From a virus (lineage: Duplodnaviria; Caudoviricetes): a DNA stretch of 64,000 nucleotides. Below the pieces are notes generated by a model. The model did no database searches, was not told the origin of the DNA, and saw nothing but the letters and a program-made list of their open reading frames with translations. Both the position numbers and the translations under genes were made by a program. Shown here one piece after another: positions 1 to 9,875 of the stretch. Each line of letters opens with the position of its first letter. Position 1 is the first letter of the stretch. The stretch spans positions 31,902 to 95,901 of the IMG/VR virus record IMGVR_UViG_3300044266_000273, one strand, 5' to 3'.

Positions 1-1620
1 ATTGGCCAAAACGGCGCAGGTAAATCCACTATTCTGGATGCTTTGTGCTTTGGTTTGTTTGGAAAACCTTTTCGTAAAATAAATAAGCCACAACTTGTAA
101 ATTCCATCAATCAAAAAGATGCACTCGTCGAGGTGGAGTTTACGATTGGAAAGAAAGATTATAGAATTGTTCGTGGTATTAAACCAAATGTGTTTGAAAT
201 TTATTGCAATAGTGTCCTGCTGAACCAAGATGCAGCTGCAAAAGACTATCAAGACATACTAGAGAGTCAGATTCTCAAATTAAATTTTAAGTCCTTTACG
301 CAGGTTGTCATTCTTGGTTCAGCATCTTTTACACCTTTCATGCAGCTCTCGGCTGCCGATAGACGCACACTCATAGAAGACCTTTTGGATATTAAAATAT
401 TCTCTTCTATGAACACTCTTCTCAAAGAGAAATCGTCACAACTAAAAGACCAAACTTCAACAAACAACTACAGTATCTCTTTGACTGAAGAAAAAATTGA
501 ACTACAAAAACAGAATATTGAAGAGAATAAAAAACACAACGAAGAAGAAATACAAAAGAAACAAATTGAAATTGAACAATCAGTAGAACAGATTGCTACA
601 TTAGAAAAGGAAATTGGATTGATTCAAAAACACGTAACAGTGTTGATGAAAAAAGTATCTGATGAATCTTTGGTGAGTTCAAAACTTAAAAAGCTTTTTC
701 AACTTGAAGCCAAGATTGAAAACAATATTAAAAAGAATGAAAAGGACATACAATTCTATGAGCAAAACGACAATTGTCCAACCTGCAAACAACAAATTGA
801 ACAACACCACCGAGAACAACAAGTCGAAGAACGTAAAAACAAAGTCACTCATCAACAAACGGGCCTTAAAGAAATTGAGGCGGAAGTTACTAAACTCACC
901 GGAAGAGTGACAGAGATAGAAACGGTAAACAAACATATTAATGCACATAACAATGAAGTTGTGAAACATAACTCCACAATTAGTGCGTTGAATAATTATA
1001 TTACCAAAGTAAACAAAGAAATCAAAGAACTTTCTGCCAAGAAAAATAATTTGGAAGAAGTCAACGAAAAATTAAATGCACTTAAACTTGAACTCGAAGA
1101 ACTATTAAAAACCAAAGAACAGTTGGTCATTGAAAAACATTATTATGAATATGCGGCAACGTTACTTAAAGACAATGGCATTAAAACCAAAATTATTAAG
1201 CAGTATTTGCCTATAATGAACAAGCTGATTAATAAGTATTTGACAGCAATGGATTTCTTTGTCAACTTCAACATCAATGAAAATTTTGAAGAGACGATCA
1301 AGAGCAGGCACCGTGATGAATTCTCGTATGCAAACTTTTCTGAAGGTGAAAAGATGCGTATCGACCTGGCACTGTTGTTCACTTGGCGCCAAGTGGCCAA
1401 ACTAAAGAATTCTACAAACACCAATCTATTAATATTAGACGAAGTGTTTGACAGCAGTCTTGACACAGGTGGCACAGAAGAGTTTTTGAAACTTATACAT
1501 GAAATGGGGCAAGATACAAATATATTTGTTATCTCACATAAAGGTGACCAGTTGTTTGATAAGTTCAGAAGCGTAATTAAATTTGAGAAAAAAGGTAACT
1601 TTTCAAGGATTGCAAAATGA
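1..1620 (+). CDS. 46: Recombination endonuclease subunit gp46 (Rad50/SbcC-like ATPase), 5'-truncated by the window
   Basis: Frame open from base 1 with Walker A GQNGAGKST, coiled coil with CPTC hook, FSEGE signature and LILDE Walker B. Confidence 0.95.
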   Translation: MGQNGAGKSTILDALCFGLFGKPFRKINKPQLVNSINQKDALVEVEFTIGKKDYRIVRGIKPNVFEIYCNSVLLNQDAAAKDYQDILESQILKLNFKSFTQVVILGSASFTPFMQLSAADRRTLIEDLLDIKIFSSMNTLLKEKSSQLKDQTSTNNYSISLTEEKIELQKQNIEENKKHNEEEIQKKQIEIEQSVEQIATLEKEIGLIQKHVTVLMKKVSDESLVSSKLKKLFQLEAKIENNIKKNEKDIQFYEQNDNCPTCKQQIEQHHREQQVEERKNKVTHQQTGLKEIEAEVTKLTGRVTEIETVNKHINAHNNEVVKHNSTISALNNYITKVNKEIKELSAKKNNLEEVNEKLNALKLELEELLKTKEQLVIEKHYYEYAATLLKDNGIKTKIIKQYLPIMNKLINKYLTAMDFFVNFNINENFEETIKSRHRDEFSYANFSEGEKMRIDLALLFTWRQVAKLKNSTNTNLLILDEVFDSSLDTGGTEEFLKLIHEMGQDTNIFVISHKGDQLFDKFRSVIKFEKKGNFSRIAK

Positions 1621-2216
1621 GTGATGATGTAATTGTATTTGATACTGGTGCTTCACTAGATATACCTCCACCAAAAAAACAAAAATTATTTTTGGTGCAT
1701 GAAGATTCTTCAATCTTAAAAGAAGTGATGCCAGAATTTGATTTTAAAAATCCACCTTTTGATCATATCGCACTTGTAAATGAAATGATTGAATTGTGTC
1801 AGAAAAATAATGGTTATGGACTTTCGGCAAATCAATGTGGCGTTAGAGCACGTGTCTTTGTCGTGGGTGCGAATGATGAATATGTGGCATTTTTTAATCC
1901 TAAATTGATTGGTTATTCAGGTGAAACTCATATGTCTGAAGGTTGCCTTTCTTTTCCTTTGTTGGCACTCAGTATTACTAGGCCAACAAACATTGAAGTG
2001 GAATACCAAGACTATGATGGTAATACCAAATACATGAAATTAGGTGGCATAAGTGCAAGATGTTTTCTCCATGAGCTTGACCACATGAACGGTATACTGT
2101 ATACTGAAAGAGCCAAACCAATGGCTTTGCAATCTGGCAAGAAAAAACGTGAGAAAATTTTAAAGAATGTAATGAAGCATGGCAACAAATTCAAAGAAGC
2201 TTATACTTACCGTTGA
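1617..2216 (+). CDS. def: Peptide deformylase
   Basis: GLSANQCG, EGCLS and HELDH motifs. Confidence 0.95.
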   Translation: MSDDVIVFDTGASLDIPPPKKQKLFLVHEDSSILKEVMPEFDFKNPPFDHIALVNEMIELCQKNNGYGLSANQCGVRARVFVVGANDEYVAFFNPKLIGYSGETHMSEGCLSFPLLALSITRPTNIEVEYQDYDGNTKYMKLGGISARCFLHELDHMNGILYTERAKPMALQSGKKKREKILKNVMKHGNKFKEAYTYR

Positions 2217-3459
2217 TGAACAGTGGGATCAGTGGCAAAAACTAAATGATCCTGCTCGGTTTGAAAATATTAGAACCGACGAACTCAAAGAAATTCTCAT
2301 CAAGGACCTATCTTACGCATCACAAATGGATGTGCGTGAGTATACTTTGTATCAGAAATGGTGCGAAGTAAAAGAAAAATATCCAACTAAAGAATGTTCA
2401 ACTCTATTTGAACCTGAGACGGTACAACTAATTGATGACCATCAAATGGATATTATCAATCAAGTTAAAAAGAACTTTTGGATGCCCAAGACACCAGAAG
2501 ATTATGAGAATCTCAGACCTAGATTGATTCTTTCCAACGAAAAACAAACCGATATCTGGAATGCAATACGTACATTTTCTTCCACGATGAAGAACAATTC
2601 AAACATTGGGCGCAATTTATATTACACGATTGTTGATGATGTAACAGGCAATTATCTTGGTGTAATTTGTATCTCATCCGATTTCTTGGACTTGACACCA
2701 AGAGATTCTGCAATTGGTTGGGAAAGAACCTTGAAGACACAAGGGCGAATGATTAATCATACGGCCATCGGTTCTACGATTGTGCCTTTGCAACCTCTCG
2801 GATTTAATTACATGGGTGGCAAGCTATTGGCTCTATTGTGTCTTGCTGATACAGTTCAACGTGACTGGAAAAACAAATATGGTGATGTCTTAGTTGGTGT
2901 CACAACCACTTCTTTGTACGGCAACACCAAGTCCAATGGGCTCTCACAGTATGATGGGCTAGAACATTGGAACAAAATGGGTTTCTCTTCTGGTTCTGTG
3001 GCATTTGAACCAACCAGAAAAACTATGAATATGGTATTTGATTGGATCAAACAACACCACACATACAAATACTTTGAGTGGTGGGAAGCCAAAAATCCAC
3101 AAGGGCTTCCTTTGAAACGAGATCACAAAAATCGTTCGTTGAACTTTGCATATTCAAAGTTAGGCATTCCAAAAAATCTAATACGAACCGAACATCAGAG
3201 AGGCATCTATTTTTCACCTCTCTATGACAACACCAATGAATTCTTGAGAAAAGAAATTGGTGAAGACCAACTGGTAAAATCTTTCGATACCAGTGAAGAC
3301 ACTTTGGCAAATATCTGGAAAACCAAATATGCCAAAGGTAGAATATCAATGTTGAAAAAGAAGAACAATGTTTCATATGAAACACTGTTCTATGATGACT
3401 TGATATTCCTTTCTTGGGAAGAAACCAAGAACAAATATCTGCCGCAAGTTGGCAGATAA
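2179..3459 (+). CDS. DUF4338/DruA-like protein, paralog 1
   Basis: PLGFNYMGGKLLA, TTTSLYG and SQYDG motifs, shared with 27171..28277. Confidence 0.6.
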   Translation: MATNSKKLILTVDEQWDQWQKLNDPARFENIRTDELKEILIKDLSYASQMDVREYTLYQKWCEVKEKYPTKECSTLFEPETVQLIDDHQMDIINQVKKNFWMPKTPEDYENLRPRLILSNEKQTDIWNAIRTFSSTMKNNSNIGRNLYYTIVDDVTGNYLGVICISSDFLDLTPRDSAIGWERTLKTQGRMINHTAIGSTIVPLQPLGFNYMGGKLLALLCLADTVQRDWKNKYGDVLVGVTTTSLYGNTKSNGLSQYDGLEHWNKMGFSSGSVAFEPTRKTMNMVFDWIKQHHTYKYFEWWEAKNPQGLPLKRDHKNRSLNFAYSKLGIPKNLIRTEHQRGIYFSPLYDNTNEFLRKEIGEDQLVKSFDTSEDTLANIWKTKYAKGRISMLKKKNNVSYETLFYDDLIFLSWEETKNKYLPQVGR

Positions 3460-3481
3460 TATAAGTGTACCACAAAAACTG

Positions 3482-3510
3482 TTGACAAGTTCACTACATA
3501 ATAGTATGAT
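3482..3510 (+). promoter_or_regulatory. Sigma70-type promoter
   Basis: TTGACA-17-TATGAT upstream of an AGGAG RBS. Confidence 0.7.
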
Positions 3511-3564
3511 GTGAGTATCTTGTGACAACAAGATTTTTGTTTTATAATTTAGGAGTTGATAATT

Positions 3565-3834
3565 ATGAAGACTGTTTCCGCTAAGCAAAAGATCCTCAAC
3601 TATCTGAGCAAGTCTGAGGGATATAACACACTGAGCGTTGCTCAGGCTCGTGCTCGTTTTGGCATCCAAAACGTTTCTGCTCGTATCGAAGAACTTCGTC
3701 AAGAAGGTCATTGCATCTACACCAACACCAAGCGCCGTGCTAACGGTAGCAAGGTTTCCGTTTATCGTCTAGGCGCACCAACCAAAGCTATGGTTCGTGC
3801 TGCTCTGCGTGGTGGATATAGCTTTACGGCTTAA
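3565..3834 (+). CDS. Small winged-HTH DNA-binding protein
   Basis: Basic protein with SARIEELRQEGHCI wHTH-like pattern; has its own promoter and terminator. Confidence 0.65.
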   Translation: MKTVSAKQKILNYLSKSEGYNTLSVAQARARFGIQNVSARIEELRQEGHCIYTNTKRRANGSKVSVYRLGAPTKAMVRAALRGGYSFTA

Positions 3835-3849
3835 TCGGTGTGAACTAAG

Positions 3850-3875
3850 AGGAAGGTTTAACGGCCTTCCTTTTT
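3850..3875 (+). terminator. Intrinsic terminator
   Basis: AGGAAGG/CCTTCCT hairpin followed by a T run. Confidence 0.7.
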
Positions 3876-3890
3876 ATCTTTGGAGTACAA

Positions 3891-4688
3891 ATGGAAATTT
3901 CTGTTAAAAAAGAAGACCTACAAAAGAAAAGTATTTTTGTGGCTACACCAATGTATGGTGGAATGAATCATGGTTTGTACGCCAAGGCTTGCCTTGATTT
4001 ACAATCAGTTTGTATTCAATACGGCGTCAATGTTAAATTTTCTTTTCTATTTAATGAATCATTAATTACACGCGCAAGAAATTATCTTGTAGACGAATTC
4101 CTACATCGTTCGGACTGTACTCATCTGTTGTTTATTGACTCAGATATTCATTTTGATCCGAGGGATGTTATTGCTATGTTAGCACTTGATAAAGATGTTA
4201 TTGGTGCTCCATACCCTAAGAAAGCCATCAAGTGGCGATCAGTTAAAAAAGCTATTGAAAAGAATCCAGATATTGAAGCACAACTATTGGAACGTGTGAC
4301 TGGAGATTACGTATTTAATCCTGTTAAAGGTACTGCACAATTTTCTGTGACCGAACCACTTGAAGTTCTAGAAATTGGAACTGGATTCATGATGGTGAAA
4401 CGTGAAGTGTTTCCTAAATTTGAAGAAGCATATCCAAATTTGAAATATCGGCCAGACCATGTGGGACAAGCTAACTTTGATGGCACACGATACATTCATG
4501 CATACTTTGATACTGTGATTGATAAAGATTCAGAACGTTATTTGTCTGAAGATTATATGTTCTGTCAGTGGTGGAGAAACATCGGTGGAACAATTTATCT
4601 TTGCCCATGGATGCGTACTGACCATATCGGCACCTATCACTTCAAGGGAGACATGCCAGCAGTGGCCAATTTCGTTGGAGAAATGTAA
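3891..4688 (+). CDS. GT-A-fold glycosyltransferase-like protein
   Basis: FVATPMYGG, FIDSD, GTGFMM and LSEDYMFC motifs. Confidence 0.7.
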   Translation: MEISVKKEDLQKKSIFVATPMYGGMNHGLYAKACLDLQSVCIQYGVNVKFSFLFNESLITRARNYLVDEFLHRSDCTHLLFIDSDIHFDPRDVIAMLALDKDVIGAPYPKKAIKWRSVKKAIEKNPDIEAQLLERVTGDYVFNPVKGTAQFSVTEPLEVLEIGTGFMMVKREVFPKFEEAYPNLKYRPDHVGQANFDGTRYIHAYFDTVIDKDSERYLSEDYMFCQWWRNIGGTIYLCPWMRTDHIGTYHFKGDMPAVANFVGEM

Positions 4689-5365
4689 TGATTGTCGGCG
4701 TTCTCGGATTCATTGGTTCGGGTAAAGGTACTGTTGGAGATATTCTGAAAGACACATTAGGCTTCCGCAAGGCCAGTTTTGCTGGACATTTAAAAGATGT
4801 GGCAGCTTTAATGTTTGGATGGCCAAGAAACTTATTAGAAGGTGATACAAAAGAATCACGTGAATTCCGAGAACTAACCGACAAATATTGGTCACAAAAA
4901 ATGGGCAGAGATTTCTCACCGAGAATTGCCATGCAACTATTGGGTACAGAAATTGGCCGTAATTTTTTTAGTGAAAATTTTTGGATTGATTGCCTTGAAA
5001 AACAAATCAAAAAAGATAAAGGCAACTATGTTATCACAGACGTAAGATTCAAAAATGAAATTGAATGGGTCACCAAACAAGGTGGGATTTTAATTGAGGT
5101 GCGGAGAAATACTACGCCTCACTGGTATGATATTGCATCAAAAGCCAATAGAGGTTCCGAAGCAGCCGAAAGATATATGTTGGATTCTGGTGTACACCAA
5201 TCTGAATGGAGATGGATCGGCAGAGATGTTGATTTTACCATAGACAACGAAGGAACTCTGGAAGACTTGCGTGAAAAAGTATTAACATGCTTGAAAACAT
5301 GTTACGGTATCAGTATAATTGAAGATATGTTACAACAACAAGGAGTATATAATGAAACTGTCTAA
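4688..5365 (+). CDS. 1: Deoxynucleoside monophosphate kinase (gp1-like)
   Basis: GFIGSGKGT P-loop, ITDVRF and HQSE motifs. Confidence 0.9.
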   Translation: MIVGVLGFIGSGKGTVGDILKDTLGFRKASFAGHLKDVAALMFGWPRNLLEGDTKESREFRELTDKYWSQKMGRDFSPRIAMQLLGTEIGRNFFSENFWIDCLEKQIKKDKGNYVITDVRFKNEIEWVTKQGGILIEVRRNTTPHWYDIASKANRGSEAAERYMLDSGVHQSEWRWIGRDVDFTIDNEGTLEDLREKVLTCLKTCYGISIIEDMLQQQGVYNETV

Positions 5366-6023
5366 CGACACTTTGACAATCCTGAAAAACTTTGCAAACA
5401 TCAATGCAGGTTTGGAATTTCGGAAAGGTAACAAACTAGCTACCATTTCTCCATCTAAGACTGTGTTGGCCAAGACCACACTTGCAGACCAATTTCCAGA
5501 AGACTTTTGTGTGCATGATTTGAACGAGTTTCTATCTGTGCATTCTCTATACAAAGATCCTGTTTTGGACTTTGATGATGTGAATGTTGTGTTTAGGAGT
5601 GGGCGAAACAAAACCAACTATCGTAAAACTTCTAAGACTGCAATCGTAACTGTTCCAGAAAAAGAACTTTCACTTCCTACAGTTGAAGTTTCTTTTACTT
5701 TGAAAGAAGAAGACTTCCAGTTTGCAATGAAGACATCAAGTGTATTGAAGTCTCCTAATATTGCTATTGAATCTGATGGTAAAAAAGTTTATCTGTCTTG
5801 TTTCAATGCCGTAGATAATGGTGCTCATACCAATTCTACTGAAATTGCTGACGGTAACGGCAATGAATTCAAGGCTGTATTCAGCACAGAAAATTGGAAG
5901 ATGATTCCTGGAACTTACAATGTAGAAATTTCTTCTAAAGGTTTGGCGTTGTTCAAGAGTGCCAATATGGATCTTCAGTATTGGATTGCCGTCGAAGCTA
6001 AGTATTCTAAATTCGGAGGTTAA
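5352..6023 (+). CDS. 45: Sliding clamp gp45
   Basis: MKLSNDTLTILKNFANIN start, C-terminal YWIAVE, synteny with gp44/62. Confidence 0.93.
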   Translation: MKLSNDTLTILKNFANINAGLEFRKGNKLATISPSKTVLAKTTLADQFPEDFCVHDLNEFLSVHSLYKDPVLDFDDVNVVFRSGRNKTNYRKTSKTAIVTVPEKELSLPTVEVSFTLKEEDFQFAMKTSSVLKSPNIAIESDGKKVYLSCFNAVDNGAHTNSTEIADGNGNEFKAVFSTENWKMIPGTYNVEISSKGLALFKSANMDLQYWIAVEAKYSKFGG

Positions 6024-6025
6024 GA

Positions 6026-6298
6026 ATGAAAGTTAATACCATTTTTGGTTCTTTTGATGAGGAACAATTGTCTAAACTTAAAGATTACATCAACGAAACT
6101 GTTCGTGTGTTGCAGAGTATGGACACCAAGAAAGTTGAATTGCGGGATGTAATCAATGCTGCACACGAAGACATGAAGATTCCTAAGAAAATTATTCGCC
6201 GTATGGCCAAAGTTCAAATGAATCAGTCCTTCCAGGAAGAAGTTGCTGAATATAAAGAGTTTGAAGCTTTGTTTGAAGGAATGAATGAGGCAAAATAA
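6026..6298 (+). CDS. Probable dsDNA-binding protein (T4 DsbA-like)
   Basis: 90-aa helical protein with IPKKIIRRMAK...SFQEE pattern. Confidence 0.5.
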   Translation: MKVNTIFGSFDEEQLSKLKDYINETVRVLQSMDTKKVELRDVINAAHEDMKIPKKIIRRMAKVQMNQSFQEEVAEYKEFEALFEGMNEAK

Positions 6299-6660
6299 TG
6301 AATGAACGCAGAAAATTTCTTCGTGGTGTAGGACTTTTCGGTGCTCTTGCAGCCGGTGCAACAGCTGCTAAAGCAAATGTTGCACCTGTAGTCATCAATA
6401 ATAATTATACTACAGTGACTGGTGATGAATTTCCTACTGAAGAGTTGGAAAAACAAATTGAAAACAAACCAGTTTTGATGTTACAAGCAACATATGGTAC
6501 ACCAAAAACACCAAGTAGTGACCCATATAATCCTTATATGATTGCTGGATTTGGTGAAAATTATGTTGAGGGTACAAAAAAACAAGTTCAAGTGCAAATT
6601 GTACCAGGTCCTGATGGAAAACTTTACGTCAAAGAGAATGACACCTGGCGTAAGTTGTGA
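6298..6660 (+). CDS. Hypothetical protein with twin-arginine (Tat) signal
   Basis: ERRKFL, hydrophobic stretch and AKA cleavage site. Confidence 0.6.
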   Translation: MNERRKFLRGVGLFGALAAGATAAKANVAPVVINNNYTTVTGDEFPTEELEKQIENKPVLMLQATYGTPKTPSSDPYNPYMIAGFGENYVEGTKKQVQVQIVPGPDGKLYVKENDTWRKL

Positions 6661-6692
6661 TATGATTATGTTTTATATTATGGAGATTGTGA

Positions 6693-7628
6693 ATGAACGA
6701 CGAACACATTTTGTGGGTGGAAAAGTATCGCCCTAAGACCGTTGAAGAATGTATTCTTCCTGATAACATTAAAGAGACGTTTCAGGAATATGTAAATCGT
6801 AAAGAGATTCCCAATCTCTTGTTGGCTGGCACCGCAGGTGTTGGTAAAACTACAATCGCTAAGGCCCTTTGCAATGAAGTTGGCTGTGACTACATGGTCA
6901 TCAACGGTTCTGATGAGAACGGTGTAGAAACTGTACGAGTCAAAATTAAAAACTATGCATCCACAGTTTCATTGGCTGGTGGTCGCAAAGTTATTATTCT
7001 TGACGAAGCTGATTATCTATCACCTAATGCACAAGCAATTCTACGTGCAGGCATTGAAGAGTTTGCTGGTAATTGTTCCTTTATTTTCACGTGTAATTAT
7101 AAGAATCGTATTATTGATCCGATTCATTCACGTTGTACGGTTGTTGATTTTAAAATCAATGGCAACAAAGCCAAACTCGCATCACAATTTTTCAAACGTG
7201 TTGAATGGATTCTTGGTGAAGAAAATATCTCATGGGAAAAAGAAGCTGTTGCAGCGGTCATCACCAAATATTTTCCAGACAATCGCCGAGTTCTAAATGA
7301 ATTGCAACGTTATTCGGTTTCCGGTGTCATTGACAAGGGCATTTTGGCCGTAGTTAGTGATGTTCAGATTGTTGAACTCATCAAGTCATTAAAAGACAAA
7401 GATTTCAGTTCGTGCCGCAAATGGGTCACAAATAATCTAGATAATGATCCATCTAGAATCTTTCGCAAACTTTATGATTCGTTGTATGAACAACTAAAAT
7501 CAAACTCTGTACCGCAACTGGTACTCATTCTTGCCAAATATCAATATCAGGCAGCTTTTGTTGCAGACCATGAAATCAACCTAATGGCCTGTCTGACTGA
7601 GGTGATGGTGGAGTGTGACTTCAAATGA
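6693..7628 (+). CDS. 44: Clamp loader large subunit gp44
   Basis: LWVEKYRP, GTAGVGKTT, DEAD and SRC motifs. Confidence 0.96.
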   Translation: MNDEHILWVEKYRPKTVEECILPDNIKETFQEYVNRKEIPNLLLAGTAGVGKTTIAKALCNEVGCDYMVINGSDENGVETVRVKIKNYASTVSLAGGRKVIILDEADYLSPNAQAILRAGIEEFAGNCSFIFTCNYKNRIIDPIHSRCTVVDFKINGNKAKLASQFFKRVEWILGEENISWEKEAVAAVITKYFPDNRRVLNELQRYSVSGVIDKGILAVVSDVQIVELIKSLKDKDFSSCRKWVTNNLDNDPSRIFRKLYDSLYEQLKSNSVPQLVLILAKYQYQAAFVADHEINLMACLTEVMVECDFK

Positions 7629-7999
7629 GCCCGTTTGATTATGTGAATCTAATTCTCCATAATAAAAAACAAGATGGCGAATTAGATTTTGTGGACTATG
7701 CTCCATATATTGTCAATCGGTCACTATCTTTTCATTTAGATTGTGTGCCTTACGTTCAAGAAATGAATATCTATTCTAGTCTTGATAAAGATATGCAATA
7801 CCAGTATCTTCTAAATAGTATCAGGCCTATGAAACGGAAGTTTGTTCCGTGGCAGAAAGCTAATGTAGACAAGGATATTGAATGTATTAAGTTATATTTT
7901 GGTTATTCAAATCAAAAAGCCAGAGAAGCACTCCTTATCCTTACAGATGAACAAATCGCTGAAATAAAAAAAAGAACAGATAAAGGCGGAGTGAAATGA
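7625..7999 (+). CDS. 62: Clamp loader small subunit gp62
   Basis: YAPYIVNRSLS and YFGYSNQKA motifs; synteny. Confidence 0.9.
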   Translation: MSPFDYVNLILHNKKQDGELDFVDYAPYIVNRSLSFHLDCVPYVQEMNIYSSLDKDMQYQYLLNSIRPMKRKFVPWQKANVDKDIECIKLYFGYSNQKAREALLILTDEQIAEIKKRTDKGGVK

Positions 8000-8403
8000 T
8001 TGACATAAAGGATTTAGTTGAAGTTACACTGAACGAAAAGGATGATTTCTTAAAAGTTCGTGAGACACTTACCCGTATCGGTGTTGCTTCCAAAAAAGAT
8101 AAAATATTATACCAATCTTGCCACATCCTCCACAAGCGTGGGCAATACTATGTGGTACATTTCAAAGAACTGTTTGCACTAGACGGAAAACCTACGGATA
8201 TTACCGAGAGTGATCTGTCACGTAGAAATGCTATTGTAAATCTATTGGAAGACTGGGGATTAGTGTCCATTGTCAAAAAGGAACAGACAGAAACCCCACC
8301 ACCAATTTTTCTTTCACAGATTAAGATTATCTCGCACAAAGAAAAGAAAGATTGGCAACTGGTACCTAAGTACAGTATTGGTAAAAAACCACAAAAAGAT
8401 TGA
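7996..8403 (+). CDS. regA: Translational repressor RegA
   Basis: DDFLKVRETLTRIGVAS and LYQSCHILHK motifs. Confidence 0.97.
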   Translation: MIDIKDLVEVTLNEKDDFLKVRETLTRIGVASKKDKILYQSCHILHKRGQYYVVHFKELFALDGKPTDITESDLSRRNAIVNLLEDWGLVSIVKKEQTETPPPIFLSQIKIISHKEKKDWQLVPKYSIGKKPQKD

Positions 8404-8429
8404 CAAACTAGTATAAATACTAATATAAT
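8400..8429 (+). promoter_or_regulatory. Overlapping sigma70-like and T4 late promoters
   Basis: TTGACA-18-TATAAT with internal TATAAATA at 8412-8419. Confidence 0.55.
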
Positions 8430-8488
8430 CATGGTGCCGTGCCATATTGGGCGGCAGTTTCAAACTCGCTTAACTAAAGGAGCAAAAA

Positions 8489-8920
8489 ATGACTTTTTTA
8501 CCTAACCTCGACCTGGCTCGTCTTGATCCATTCACCATTGGATTTGACAAAATGTTCACGGAACTGCAACAAGCAACTAAGAACGTTACCAACTATCCCC
8601 CATATAATATCAAACAAGTTAAAGAAAACAAGTACGTCATTGAAATGGCTGTTGCTGGTTTTGCTAAGTCTGATATTGAAATCACGATTGATGGTAATAC
8701 TCTTATTATCAAGGGTGCAACCGAAGATGACAAAGCAGCCGATGAAGAATCCTTCATTTGGAAAGGAATTGCCAACCGCAATTTCAACCGTACATTCAAG
8801 TTGGCAGACAAGATTGAAATCAAAGATGCCGAACTTGTAAATGGTATGCTTCGAATCTGGTTGGAAAACATGGTCAAAGCCCAAGACGCTATTAAGAAAA
8901 TTTCCATCAAGGAAAAATAA
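8489..8920 (+). CDS. Small heat shock protein Hsp20
   Basis: YPPYNI, EMAVAGF and GIANRNF motifs. Confidence 0.95.
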   Translation: MTFLPNLDLARLDPFTIGFDKMFTELQQATKNVTNYPPYNIKQVKENKYVIEMAVAGFAKSDIEITIDGNTLIIKGATEDDKAADEESFIWKGIANRNFNRTFKLADKIEIKDAELVNGMLRIWLENMVKAQDAIKKISIKEK

Positions 8921-8926
8921 TGAAAT

Positions 8927-8964
8927 GAAGGGGGCTTGACAAGAGCCCCTTTTTATTATACAAT
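8927..8964 (+). terminator. Terminator hairpin overlapping a sigma70 promoter
   Basis: AAGGGGGCT/AGCCCCTTTTT hairpin; TTGACA(8936)-17-TACAAT. Confidence 0.65.
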
Positions 8965-8973
8965 TGATGTATT

Positions 8974-9168
8974 ATGAAAAAATACAATCAAAAGCCATCA
9001 ATACGCAAGGTTCGTTCTAAGGCGAATCAGGACGTTTATTACACTTCACCTCAATGGGAAACCAAAGAGATTGAAGGCGTAGTATTCATGCCTGTCGTAA
9101 AAATGCCCACAATGGAAAAACAAAATATCCATTGGATGCGTAAAGATAGCATGGAATATATCAAGTAG
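8974..9168 (+). CDS. Hypothetical protein
   Basis: 64-aa ORF directly downstream of a promoter. Confidence 0.55.
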   Translation: MKKYNQKPSIRKVRSKANQDVYYTSPQWETKEIEGVVFMPVVKMPTMEKQNIHWMRKDSMEYIK

Positions 9169-9243
9169 CGCTTGTAGCTCAGTGGTTAGAGCAGAGGACT
9201 CATAATCCTTTGGTCGTGGGTTCGAATCCCCCCGAGCGCACCA
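9168..9243 (+). tRNA. tRNA with CAT anticodon, probably Ile2 (lysidine)
   Basis: Cloverleaf with encoded CCA; D and anticodon arms resemble proteobacterial tRNA-Ile2. Confidence 0.85.
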
Positions 9244-9261
9244 TATAATTAAAGGAGTATC

Positions 9262-9711
9262 ATGTCTGTTACACTAAAGAATCTGGAGTCTGCATTGGCA
9301 GGTGAGTCTATGGCTCACATCAAGTACCGTTATTTTGCCAAGCTTGCTCGAGCTGAAGGTTACGAAGAAGTGGCCAAACACTTTGAACACACCGCAGATC
9401 AAGAATTACATCATGCGTGGAGTCATCTTGAGTTGTTGATTGGTACGCCTTCAACCAAAGAATGCTTGGAAAAAGCTATTGCAGGTGAAACATACGAATA
9501 CACTGAAATGTATCCTCAGTTCCTTGCAATTGCCGAGACAGAATGCAATCATCATGCAGCACGAATTGCAAAAGAGCAAATTATGGAAAGTGAAGAACAT
9601 GCTTTGCAGTTTATGGAAGTATTGAAGAAGGCCGAAAAACGTTTTGCTGCACTTGAGAAAGTTGAGAAGCGTCATGCGGAAGCCTATCAAAAAGTATTGG
9701 AGGGTCTATAA
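9262..9711 (+). CDS. Rubrerythrin (ferritin-like)
   Basis: AGESMA..Y, ELHHA, GETYE and ESEEHA di-iron motifs. Confidence 0.9.
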   Translation: MSVTLKNLESALAGESMAHIKYRYFAKLARAEGYEEVAKHFEHTADQELHHAWSHLELLIGTPSTKECLEKAIAGETYEYTEMYPQFLAIAETECNHHAARIAKEQIMESEEHALQFMEVLKKAEKRFAALEKVEKRHAEAYQKVLEGL

Positions 9712-9866
9712 TGTCTGAACAAAAAGTTATACATGTTTGCCCTGTATGTGAATATGTGCATGAAGATAATTCCGTTGTAACTTGGGAAAATTTACCTGAT
9801 GACCATCCTTGTCCAGCTTGCAGTGTTGAAAAAATGTTCTTTGAAGAAAGAGTTGTGACTGTATAA
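9711..9866 (+). CDS. Rubredoxin, 51 aa (missing from the ORF track)
   Basis: CPVCEYVHE...WENLPDDHPCPAC; ATG overlaps the rubrerythrin stop codon. Confidence 0.88.
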   Translation: MSEQKVIHVCPVCEYVHEDNSVVTWENLPDDHPCPACSVEKMFFEERVVTV

Positions 9867-9875
9867 TTTCACATT

